Virus record (IMG/VR): IMGVR_UViG_3300042376_000499
Location: 1-36,885 of that record
DNA from: a virus
Taxonomy: Duplodnaviria; Caudoviricetes
Direction: 5' to 3' (one strand)
Length of the DNA: 36,885 bases
Shown here: in pieces, positions 14,756 to 22,520 of the stretch
How positions within the stretch are numbered: position 1 is the first letter of the stretch
Layout of the letters: the number at the start of each line of letters is the position of its first letter
Notes under the pieces: generated by a model
What the model was told of the DNA's origin: nothing
The model's input: the letters and a program-made list of their open reading frames with translations, nothing else
Database searches by the model: none
Translations under genes and position numbers: made by a program

Positions 14756-16125
14756 GATACCTATCCGTGTGCAGCGGCATTGAAGCGGCCACCGTTGCGT
14801 GGCATGGCCTGGGATGGACCCCGGTCGGATTCAGCGAGATCGAACCATTCCCAAGCGCGGTACTCGCGCACCACTATCCCAACGTTCCCAATTTCGGAGA
14901 CATGACGAAGCATGAGCAATGGACCCTTCAACCCGGATCAATTGACCTTCTCGTGGCTGGAACCCCATGCCAGTCATTTAGTGTTGCGGGACTCCGGCAA
15001 GGACTCAAAGATCCACGCGGAAACCTCATGCTTACCTACCTTGCAATCGCTGCACGTCTACGGCCTCAATGGGTTGTGTGGGAAAACGTCCCCGGTGTCC
15101 TGTCCAGCAACGGAGGACGGGATTTTGGTTCCTTCCTCGGGGCGCTGGGGGAACTGGGGTATGGGTGGGCCTACCGGGTCTTGGACGCTCAATGGTGCAG
15201 AACACACGGGCATCCCCGCGCCGTCCCGCAGCGCCGGCGACGTGTCTTCGTTGTCGGATGTCTTGGAGACTGGACCCGTGCCGCCCAGGTTCTCTTTGAG
15301 CGCGAAAGCGTGCAGCGGGATTCTTCGCCGCGCCGAACGCCGGGGCAAGGCGCTTCCGCCGATGCTGAAGGCGGCGCTCGAGGCGGTTGTTGGTGGGACG
15401 GCACCGACTGCGCTGGAACATTGACGAAACAGAACGCGGGTGGCGCACAGCGAATGCCCGACAAGGACAATTTCGGTGCGATCATTCAACCCACCACCGT
15501 TCGTTCTAGTTCTATTGGCGCGTTTGTGCAGGACGATGTTGGTGGAACCATGCGGGCGAATGGTGGCGACTATCACGGCGGAAGCGAATCGCTTGTGATG
15601 TGGCCCGCTGAAGTCGCGGCGCACGCGGCGGTAGTCAATATGCAAGGCAGCAAGTCGAACGCTTGCGTGTCCACCGATGGAACATCGTTCACGCTGAATG
15701 CGATGCACGGGCATGATGTTTATGCGGTGGCGGTGGCTCACGCCTCCTACAGCACGGGCGGAACGCACGGCGTAAATCAACATCCTGAAGTGTCGCCTGC
15801 CGTCAAGGTCGGCAGCGGACTAGGCATCCCATCGCCGCCGGCGGTGGCCCATTCGCTCCGCGCAGATGGCTTCGACGCAAGCGAGGACGGCACCGGGCGC
15901 GGGACGCCGCTTGTGCCCCAGGCAATGACCGTGCGCCGATTAACAGCCAGAGAATGCGAAAGACTCCAGGCATTTCCGGATGACTACACGCTCATCCCGT
16001 GGCGCAAGAAGCAAGCCGAGGACTGCCCGGATGGGCCGCGCTACAAGGCGCTCGGAAACAGCATGGCCGTGAATTGCATGGCTTGGATCGGAGAGAGAAT
16101 TGCTGCACTGGAGAACAACCGATGA
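14752..16125 (+). CDS. C5-cytosine DNA methyltransferase (alpha-type chain), 457 aa
   Basis: Motif I SVCSGIEA, IV GTPCQSFS, VI WENVPG, VIII QRRRRVF, then RRLTARECERLQAFPD and YKALGNSM. Confidence 0.93.
   Translation: MRYLSVCSGIEAATVAWHGLGWTPVGFSEIEPFPSAVLAHHYPNVPNFGDMTKHEQWTLQPGSIDLLVAGTPCQSFSVAGLRQGLKDPRGNLMLTYLAIAARLRPQWVVWENVPGVLSSNGGRDFGSFLGALGELGYGWAYRVLDAQWCRTHGHPRAVPQRRRRVFVVGCLGDWTRAAQVLFERESVQRDSSPRRTPGQGASADAEGGARGGCWWDGTDCAGTLTKQNAGGAQRMPDKDNFGAIIQPTTVRSSSIGAFVQDDVGGTMRANGGDYHGGSESLVMWPAEVAAHAAVVNMQGSKSNACVSTDGTSFTLNAMHGHDVYAVAVAHASYSTGGTHGVNQHPEVSPAVKVGSGLGIPSPPAVAHSLRADGFDASEDGTGRGTPLVPQAMTVRRLTARECERLQAFPDDYTLIPWRKKQAEDCPDGPRYKALGNSMAVNCMAWIGERIAALENNR
14912..15424 (+). CDS. 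Nested alternative-frame methyltransferase beta-subunit-like protein, 170 aa
   Basis: C-terminal SSLSDVLETGPVPPRFSLSAKACSGILRRAERRGKALPPMLKAAL in the +1 frame inside the MTase, as in the M.EcoHK31I alpha/beta arrangement. Confidence 0.75.
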   Translation: MSNGPFNPDQLTFSWLEPHASHLVLRDSGKDSKIHAETSCLPTLQSLHVYGLNGLCGKTSPVSCPATEDGILVPSSGRWGNWGMGGPTGSWTLNGAEHTGIPAPSRSAGDVSSLSDVLETGPVPPRFSLSAKACSGILRRAERRGKALPPMLKAALEAVVGGTAPTALEH

Positions 16126-16379
16126 ACGTTGACCATGCCATCCACCTGCTGAACAAGCGCGCCGACGAGCGCCTCGCTGCCGCCGCGAAGACGCCGCCTG
16201 GTCAACGCGAGTTCGTCAAATACTGCCGCACCGAAGCGCGGTTCTTCGACGCCATCGCGGAGTGCATCGAGCAGCTTCAGAAGGAAGTGATTGAAGAACG
16301 CAAGAAGCGCGAGCTAACGAAAGAGGGAGCGGAGCGCGCCCCCCGACCCATGCCAGCCATCTTGAAAGGAATGCGATGA
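16122..16379 (+). CDS. Hypothetical protein, 85 aa
   Basis: GGAG RBS; ATGA coupling at both ends. Confidence 0.7.
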   Translation: MNVDHAIHLLNKRADERLAAAAKTPPGQREFVKYCRTEARFFDAIAECIEQLQKEVIEERKKRELTKEGAERAPRPMPAILKGMR

Positions 16380-16591
16380 CATCCGAAATCGTGAACCGAC
16401 TGAGGAAGAACAGCGAGTGTCTCGCGCCGTCGATCATGCTCGAGGCGGCAGACACCATCGAACGACTCACCGCCGAGCGCGATGAGGCGAGGCAGATGTA
16501 TTGCAAAATGACCTCGCGTGATAACGTTGAATCAGCACGATACATCGCTGATCGGCACGGCTGGGACTGCTTCAAGGAGGACGGCAAGTGA
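16376..16591 (+). CDS. Small coiled-coil protein, 71 aa
   Basis: EIVNRLR...EAADTIERLTAERDEAR; translationally coupled. Confidence 0.75.
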   Translation: MTSEIVNRLRKNSECLAPSIMLEAADTIERLTAERDEARQMYCKMTSRDNVESARYIADRHGWDCFKEDGK

Positions 16592-16776
16592 AGGACAAGC
16601 AAGTCAGCAACAAGCAGGACATCGTTCCCGAACTGCGATCATGGGGCAATGCCGGCGCAGACTTTGTGATGCACCGTGCCGCCGATGAGATTGAGCGTCT
16701 GCGCGAGGAAGTGCGCCGGCTGCGGGCCGTGATGCCAACGCACATCAGTCGCATCCTCTACGAAGGCGAGGGGTGA
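16588..16776 (+). CDS. Small coiled-coil protein, 62 aa
   Basis: DIVPELR...RAADEIERLREE; AGGAGG RBS. Confidence 0.7.
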   Translation: MKDKQVSNKQDIVPELRSWGNAGADFVMHRAADEIERLREEVRRLRAVMPTHISRILYEGEG

Positions 16777-16777
16777 G

Positions 16778-16963
16778 ATGCAACCGGGGAAAGGGGAATA
16801 CGACGAGGACGTGGTGGACCGCGTGCGAAACAGCGGGACAAACGATCCGCTCACCATCGAATTGATGCAGGAAGTCGTGTACCTGCGGACTGAACTTTCC
16901 AAAGCGATGCGCCAGGTCAATGCCTACGTGCTGCGCGAAACAAACCACAGGAGACGCGATTGA
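16778..16963 (+). CDS. Small coiled-coil protein, 61 aa
   Basis: DVVDRVR...ELMQEVVYLRTE; GAGG RBS; coupled to rusA. Confidence 0.65.
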   Translation: MQPGKGEYDEDVVDRVRNSGTNDPLTIELMQEVVYLRTELSKAMRQVNAYVLRETNHRRRD

Positions 16964-17370
16964 TTACCTTCACCGTACCGGGCGAGGCTGCCCCCCAGGG
17001 ATCGAAGCGTGCCGTGCGCTCGAGGAGCGGACGCATCCTGCTGCTCGAGTCCTCGGCCAAGGTCAAGCCGTACCGCGCCGTGTTCGCGCTGGCGGCGCGG
17101 CAGGCGTGGACGGAACCGCCGGCGACAGGCGTCGTGGCCGTCGAACTGCTGTTCAGTTTCGTGCGCCCCGCCAGCCACTACACCTCGAAGGGCATCCTCA
17201 AGGCCACGGCACCAATATCACCCCGCCGGCCCGATCTAGACAAAGCGTGCAGAGCTGCCCTGGACGCCATGACTGGGGTCGTTTACGTTGACGATTCACA
17301 GGTCGCCATCCTGTCGGCGTGCAAGGAGTACGGGGAACGCGCCGAAACAATCGTGAAAGTATGGGCTTGA
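16960..17370 (+). CDS. rusA: RusA-family Holliday junction resolvase, 136 aa
   Basis: FTVPGEAAPQGSKR and RPDLDKACRAALDAMTGVVYVDDSQV catalytic motifs; TTG start with AGGAG RBS. Confidence 0.9.
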   Translation: MITFTVPGEAAPQGSKRAVRSRSGRILLLESSAKVKPYRAVFALAARQAWTEPPATGVVAVELLFSFVRPASHYTSKGILKATAPISPRRPDLDKACRAALDAMTGVVYVDDSQVAILSACKEYGERAETIVKVWA

Positions 17371-17395
17371 CACGGCCTCTACCCTCCCGTATAGT
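17367..17395 (+). promoter_or_regulatory. Near-consensus sigma70 promoter for the recombination genes
   Basis: TTGACA(17367-17372)-N17-TATAGT(17390-17395). Confidence 0.8.
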
Positions 17396-17451
17396 GTGCA
17401 TGTCGTGATCGGGCGCGTGCCCGGTGCGACGAGTCACGAGAGGAGAACACG

Positions 17452-18465
17452 ATGACTGCATTGGCACGACTTGATGATGAGAAGCGCGAGCTGCTCGCCC
17501 GCACCCTTTGCTCGGGCGCGAGCCGCGACGAAATGGAACTGTTCTTTAGCGTGTGCGACCGCACCGGGCTGGACCCGTTCGCCCGTCAGATTTACGCCGT
17601 GAAGCGTTGGGATAGCCGCGCTGGCCGCGAGGTCATGCAGACCCAGGTCAGCATCGACGGCTTCCGCCTGGTTGCCCAGCGCAGCGGGGAATACGCAGGG
17701 CAGACTTCAGTTGCATTCTGCGGGACGGACGGGCAGTGGACCGACGTGTGGCTCCACGACGAGCCGCCCGCCGCCGCCCGCGTCGGCGTCTACCGCAAGG
17801 GGTTTGTCGAGGCGGTCACCGCCGTCGCCCTGTTCCGCGAGTACGCCCAGCGCAAGAAGGACGGCAGCCTCTCGGGCATGTGGCCGAAGATGCCGTCCGT
17901 GATGATCGCCAAGTGCGCCGAGGCGCTCGCCCTCCGCAAGGCGTTCCCAGCCGAACTGTCGGGCCTGTATACCGCCGAGGAGATGGGGCAGCAGGACAAT
18001 CCCCCTGCTGCGCCGCCCATCGTGGTCCAGGCGCTGCCGGCACCCGTGGAGGCCGCTACGTTGCCCCAGGACGCGCCAGCCGTCGCCGACGCCCCGAAGC
18101 CCGTCCGCAAGCGCAAGGCCGCGCAGGAGGCGACTGCGCCCGCCCCTGTGGCGTCGGCGGCACCCGCCGCTCCCGCGCCCGCGGATTCGTACCCCGATGA
18201 GTACGAGGGGCTGTTCCTGATCCGCCACGTGGTGCGCCGTCCCGGCAAGCCCGTTGCCGTGCAGGCCGCCGGCGAGCACGGCACCGCTTGGATTGCCGCC
18301 ACCGTCCCCGAGTACGCGGACCTGTGCGAGCAGGCCATCGACAGCGAGCTGCGCCTCGACATCGCACGGGTCGGGAACTCGCTCACCATCATGCGCGTGA
18401 TCCGCACCGCAGCCGCATCCGCACCTGTCCCCGTCGCCACCGACGCCGACGAACTGCCCTTCTGA
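17452..18465 (+). CDS. bet: Single-strand annealing protein, Bet/RecT family, 337 aa
   Basis: GLDPFARQIYAVKR, QVSIDGFRLVAQRSGEY and WPKMPSVMIAKCAEALALRKAFP..LSGLYTAEEM. Confidence 0.92.
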   Translation: MTALARLDDEKRELLARTLCSGASRDEMELFFSVCDRTGLDPFARQIYAVKRWDSRAGREVMQTQVSIDGFRLVAQRSGEYAGQTSVAFCGTDGQWTDVWLHDEPPAAARVGVYRKGFVEAVTAVALFREYAQRKKDGSLSGMWPKMPSVMIAKCAEALALRKAFPAELSGLYTAEEMGQQDNPPAAPPIVVQALPAPVEAATLPQDAPAVADAPKPVRKRKAAQEATAPAPVASAAPAAPAPADSYPDEYEGLFLIRHVVRRPGKPVAVQAAGEHGTAWIAATVPEYADLCEQAIDSELRLDIARVGNSLTIMRVIRTAAASAPVPVATDADELPF

Positions 18466-18484
18466 ACATACGAGGAGATACACC

Positions 18485-18991
18485 ATGAACCTGTACGCCA
18501 TTCAAACCGAAATCGCCACCCTGATCGAGGCCATCCTTGACGGGGCTGGCGACACCGTCGAAGCGCAGGCGGCGCTTGACGAGCACCTCGCCGGCCTCGC
18601 CGGGGTGCTCGAGTCCAAGGCCGATGACTACGCGGCCCTGATCCAGCACCTGCGGAGCCGTGCCGACGCACGCGCCGAGGAGGCCAAGCGACTGCGCGAC
18701 CTCGCTGCTGCCGACGACGCTCTCGCCGAGCGCCTGAAGCAGCGCCTGAAGGAAGCGATGGAGGCCACCGGGAAGGGCAAGATTGAGACTGCCCGGTTCC
18801 GGCTGTCGGTCCAGGCCAACGGCGGCGCGCAGCCGCTCGAGGTCACCGTGCCGCCCGAGCAGCTTCCTACGCAGTACCAGGCCGTGCGCGTCGAGGCCGA
18901 CAAGGCCGCGCTGCGCGAGGCGCTGGCAGCGGGCGCTACGATCCCCGGCGTGGCACTCCTGCCACGCGGCACAAGCCTGCGAATCCGCTAA
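18485..18991 (+). CDS. Siphovirus Gp157-family protein, 168 aa
   Basis: MNLYAI start, KADDYAALI, EAKRLRD, KIETARFRLSV, DKAALREALAAGATIPGVAL...SLRIR; adjacent to the SSAP gene. Confidence 0.85.
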   Translation: MNLYAIQTEIATLIEAILDGAGDTVEAQAALDEHLAGLAGVLESKADDYAALIQHLRSRADARAEEAKRLRDLAAADDALAERLKQRLKEAMEATGKGKIETARFRLSVQANGGAQPLEVTVPPEQLPTQYQAVRVEADKAALREALAAGATIPGVALLPRGTSLRIR

Positions 18992-19008
18992 CCCTGCCAT
19001 CCTCTCCT

Positions 19009-19057
19009 CCCCCCGCCTGCGGCCCCACGACGGAGCCAAGGGCGGGGGTTTTCATTT
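19009..19057 (+). terminator. Rho-independent terminator of the rightward operon
   Basis: CCCCCGCC...GGCGGGGG stem followed by TTTTCATTT. A second hairpin AGCGGGCG/CGCCCGCT (~19063-19092) may end the convergent operon. Confidence 0.7.
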
Positions 19058-19126
19058 GGAACAGCGGGCGCAGCCCGTAGGCCACGCCCGCTCGCAGTGC
19101 CGTAGGCGCGAACGCCACAGGGCTGG

Positions 19127-19237
19127 TCAGTGGAGCTTGTGCCCGAACTTCTTGTGCAGCCAAGCGCCGGCAAGGATGCCGATCACGGCCACGAGAGCGA
19201 TGAACCAGGTCGTACCCAAAAAGTCGGCGAGAATCAT
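19127..19237 (-). CDS. 36-aa single-TM membrane peptide (possible lysis component)
   Basis: MILADFLGTTWFIALVAVIGILAGAWLHKKFGHKLH; ATGA-coupled to the upstream lipoprotein gene. Confidence 0.6.
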   Translation of the reverse strand: MILADFLGTTWFIALVAVIGILAGAWLHKKFGHKLH

Positions 19238-19719
19238 GTCTGTTTCTTTCTGCGCCCCTTGGCGCGTTTGAACGCCGCGTCAAACTCCGGGTCCGCCCGG
19301 AGCAGCGTGACGAGTTCCCTGTCCCCCTCGGGACGGGATTCATCAAGTGTATCGACTGCAAGCTCGGCGGCAGCCACCTTTCGGCGAGGCAACCACCCTA
19401 TGGCAATGCGGACGGCCGTGCCAATGCCAGACTGCCACACAAGGAACGCGATGCCAGCGACCGCCACCGCGATGCCCCACCACTGGAGGGTGGATAGCCA
19501 TGCCGGCGTGACCGCCTGTACGGACGGGATGTCGCCGTGGATGGCGGCAGCGGCCGCGTCGATGCGGGTCGCGCCCTGCACAACCACCTGGTCGCCAGTG
19601 GCGTTCCCGTGGTCGATGAGCGCGCCGGCCTCGTTGCGGATCGCCGTCGCGTTCGCGGAGATGCGAGCAACCGGGTTGCAGGCAGCGAGCGCAAGGATGA
19701 GCAGTACAGCGATCCTCAA
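19234..19719 (-). CDS. Lipoprotein with an internal TM helix (unimolecular-spanin-like topology), 161 aa
   Basis: Signal peptide with lipobox LAAC (Cys14); TM segment WWGIAVAVAGIAFLVW. Confidence 0.6.
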   Translation of the reverse strand: MRIAVLLILALAACNPVARISANATAIRNEAGALIDHGNATGDQVVVQGATRIDAAAAAIHGDIPSVQAVTPAWLSTLQWWGIAVAVAGIAFLVWQSGIGTAVRIAIGWLPRRKVAAAELAVDTLDESRPEGDRELVTLLRADPEFDAAFKRAKGRRKKQT

Positions 19720-20018
19720 ATGAACACCCGGTATGGGACGCCTGGCGTCGGCGTGAACGTCGGCAGAGCCTCCACCTGGGCTTCAGTCAGCTCAATGGTG
19801 GCGCGGATGTTCGCGTGGTAGCGGGGGTCGCCAGGGCGGACGATGATCCCTTCCTCGTCCACCTGCGCTGGGATCGGCCCGATGCGGTCAAGGGTGATCC
19901 CCGTCACAGGCAGCACTATGACATCGCCATCAACGTCGGTGCGTTCCTCGGCTAGCCCTGCGGCGATAAGCGCATCGTCTAGATCGGACTCTGTGTTTGA
20001 ACGGAGTAGGTAGTCCAT
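19716..20018 (-). CDS. Fibre-associated protein, 100 aa
   Basis: LDRIGPI...YHANIR...PGVPYRVF pattern commonly seen downstream of this fibre type. Confidence 0.65.
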   Translation of the reverse strand: MDYLLRSNTESDLDDALIAAGLAEERTDVDGDVIVLPVTGITLDRIGPIPAQVDEEGIIVRPGDPRYHANIRATIELTEAQVEALPTFTPTPGVPYRVFI

Positions 20019-20019
20019 G

Positions 20020-21594
20020 TCAGGGGTTCGCCGTGATTGCGTTCATCTGCGCCATTGTCAATGCGGTTGGATAGAACTTGACCGAGCGAATAGCAATGCT
20101 TGGATACGCGGTCGCCGCGCTGCTGTTGTCGCTGTTCAAAGCAAACGCGGTGGCGATTGAGACACCGGAAACGGCAGAACTGGTCGGCGTTATCGTTGCT
20201 TGTGCGCCGTTGATGCTCATGGCCGTGCTGGTTGTCGTTCCATCGAACGAGTAGGAGGTAGCCGCTTTCGCGCTTGCGAAGGATGTACGGGAGCCGGCCA
20301 AGTTGGAACCAAGTGCGGTCGTTCCGTTCGTCTGGTAATACGACGCCAGCAGAGTTCCACTTCCCCAGCGAAGCCTCTGCGCGTAGTTCGCTCCATTGTT
20401 GAAACCAATCGAACCTGCAAAGTTTGCGTTCTCCGTATTGTTGCTGAAGTGCGCGAAAAGCGTGCCGCCGTTTGCGTTGTAGTTCAGAGCGGTGATGTTG
20501 CTCATCGTGCAGACATCAACCGCCCTGTTCCCCGTGCTTGCCCCGGTCGGGATGTACGAGGATGCGCCGTTTCCTGCTTCCACCTGGAATCCGTAGCAGT
20601 AGATCCCATCCGCCGCGTTTCCTGTTCCTGTGTACTGCGCCCCGAACCCGTTGAGCGTTGCACCGGAGGATGGCACTCCTACAAATGTCCAACCATATGA
20701 AGTGCTAGCCGTGACATTCACGACCATTTCGCATCGCCACCAGTTGTTTGGAAATGGAGTCGCCTTTGCGCTGACGTAGCCAGCGCCGAAATTGTTGTCG
20801 GTTGCGCCAGTTGAAAGGTTAAATCGAACTGCAGCACGGCCACTATTACCATCCGAAAGAAACAGATGCGTGTACGTTCTAGCCTTTGCCCAAATCGACA
20901 CCGTGATTTGAGTGTTAGTCCCTGCGGTAATAGTTCGATAGAAACCGTGGTATGTGCCACCCGCTGTGGCATAGATCTGTATGGCAGAATTTGCTGTTCC
21001 GGTTGGGTCGGTTTCGCTTCCAGCCGCCACGGTTGCCATGCCAGAATTGCTGTAACCAGTAAGGCTGCTAGATTGAAGCATGTAATTGTCCGCGCTTCCC
21101 TCAATCAGCAGCCCGCGAGGCGTGGGTGGCGTAGTGGTGGAATTGTAGTCGAAGCGGGGGGATGCGTTGCCGACAATCCATGATGTGAAACTTCCGCTCC
21201 CGCTCGTGGAGGTTGCGTTGATCGTCAGCACTTGCGTAGCCGCGCTGTAAGCCGTCACCGCTCCACTCATGTTGTTTGCACCATTGGCAATGTAGACGGT
21301 CTGCCCAATCTCGTATCGACGGCTTTGTCCTGCGGTAGCCGTGAGCGTGACCGACTTCGATCCGGTTCCGATGGCAAGCGACGAACTCGTTGCGAAGTCA
21401 ACGCCATACACGAATCCGTCGTTTCCAACATAAGTTCCGCCGCTGGCTCTGCTAAAAGTCAGGCGCGGGTCAAGGACACCCGTGGTGAAGTCAAGCGACA
21501 GCGTGGAACCATCGCCAAGGTTGTTCAGCATGAACAACCGCTCGGTCTGCGAACGGGCGTTTGGACGGTGGAACCGACCTAGGAGGCTTCGCAT
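20020..21594 (-). CDS. Fibre/spike-like virion protein with lectin-like beta domains, 524 aa
   Basis: LDFTTGVLDPRLTFSRAS, PRFDY...GLLIEG, QVEAG..ASSYIPT motifs; rich in Thr/Ser/Gly/Asn. Confidence 0.72.
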   Translation of the reverse strand: MRSLLGRFHRPNARSQTERLFMLNNLGDGSTLSLDFTTGVLDPRLTFSRASGGTYVGNDGFVYGVDFATSSSLAIGTGSKSVTLTATAGQSRRYEIGQTVYIANGANNMSGAVTAYSAATQVLTINATSTSGSGSFTSWIVGNASPRFDYNSTTTPPTPRGLLIEGSADNYMLQSSSLTGYSNSGMATVAAGSETDPTGTANSAIQIYATAGGTYHGFYRTITAGTNTQITVSIWAKARTYTHLFLSDGNSGRAAVRFNLSTGATDNNFGAGYVSAKATPFPNNWWRCEMVVNVTASTSYGWTFVGVPSSGATLNGFGAQYTGTGNAADGIYCYGFQVEAGNGASSYIPTGASTGNRAVDVCTMSNITALNYNANGGTLFAHFSNNTENANFAGSIGFNNGANYAQRLRWGSGTLLASYYQTNGTTALGSNLAGSRTSFASAKAATSYSFDGTTTSTAMSINGAQATITPTSSAVSGVSIATAFALNSDNSSAATAYPSIAIRSVKFYPTALTMAQMNAITANP

Positions 21595-21606
21595 CGCTGG
21601 CTCCGA

Positions 21607-22149
21607 TCAGATGAAGGCGTAGAAGCAACCCATCGTGCCGGTCGATGACTCAACCTGGATCGTGATGTACTGCATGCCGATGGTATCGATGACCACGCCG
21701 GCGGGCGGCGTGCCAGCAGCAGCTGCCGTGCCAGGGCTGTAGATATTCACGGTCGGGACGCCCGCGCCAACCGTGACGGCATGGAAGAAATACTGCGTCG
21801 TGCTGTTCACCGACAGGCTCGGGATGCTGCCGGACGTGGCGTTGTATGAGCAGGCGCAGTCGGCGAGCAGCGTCGGGATGTACACCGGGGTGCCGCTCGT
21901 CTGCGTGTACGTGGACCAGCCGATCACGCGGAAACCGGGAGTCGTTGCGTTGTTCGCGCTGTGGAACGGAATCAGGCGCAGCAGGCTCGGCTTGTCGCCC
22001 AGGTTCGTTGGAACCAAGAACGTCTGTCCGGTCGTGGACGGGATCGTGGCAGTCGGGACGGAGGTGTCGTAGGTACCGCTGCTGGCGGTGACGAGACCAG
22101 TCGTCAGGTAGTTCGGCTTGTCAGTAGCAACAACGATGTCGGTAGGCAT
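21607..22149 (-). CDS. Hypothetical beta-rich virion protein, 180 aa
   Basis: TAAGGA RBS; Thr-rich; within the late operon. Confidence 0.65.
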   Translation of the reverse strand: MPTDIVVATDKPNYLTTGLVTASSGTYDTSVPTATIPSTTGQTFLVPTNLGDKPSLLRLIPFHSANNATTPGFRVIGWSTYTQTSGTPVYIPTLLADCACSYNATSGSIPSLSVNSTTQYFFHAVTVGAGVPTVNIYSPGTAAAAGTPPAGVVIDTIGMQYITIQVESSTGTMGCFYAFI

Positions 22150-22157
22150 GTGGTTCC

Positions 22158-22382
22158 TTAGGTGAATGCGCGGATGAGGTAGTTGGATACAAGGCTCATG
22201 CTCGCGCCGATGGCGGCTGCGGTTCCAAGCATGTAGCCACGTGAATGCTCGAGCGAGCGAATGCGCGAGTCATGCTCCTTGAGCTGATCCTGCTGGTGGC
22301 TCTGCATGGCGAGCAGGGAATCGACCTTGCCTTCCAGGCGGCCGATGGCGAGGAACAGTTCTTCGGTGTGGGTGGAGGTCAT
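22158..22382 (-). CDS. Coiled-coil plus C-terminal TM protein (XhlA/holin-like), 74 aa
   Basis: IGRLEGKVD...HDSRIRSLE followed by a hydrophobic helix; ATGA coupling at 22379-22382. Confidence 0.6.
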   Translation of the reverse strand: MTSTHTEELFLAIGRLEGKVDSLLAMQSHQQDQLKEHDSRIRSLEHSRGYMLGTAAAIGASMSLVSNYLIRAFT

Positions 22383-22519
22383 GCCGCGTCTCGCTCGAGT
22401 GGTTCGTTCCCGGCAGCGAGCCATGCCTGGTACGTCTCGTCCGTGATCGGAATCAACGGCCAGACATTGTCCACATCGACAACGTGTTCGGGATCATGCT
22501 TGCGGTACATGGTTGGCAT
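22379..22519 (-). CDS. Small tail-fibre-associated protein, 46 aa
   Basis: IP....TYQAWLAAGNEP motif; ATG 1 nt after the tailspike stop, GGAG RBS. Confidence 0.6.
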   Translation of the reverse strand: MPTMYRKHDPEHVVDVDNVWPLIPITDETYQAWLAAGNEPLERDAA

Positions 22520-22520
22520 A

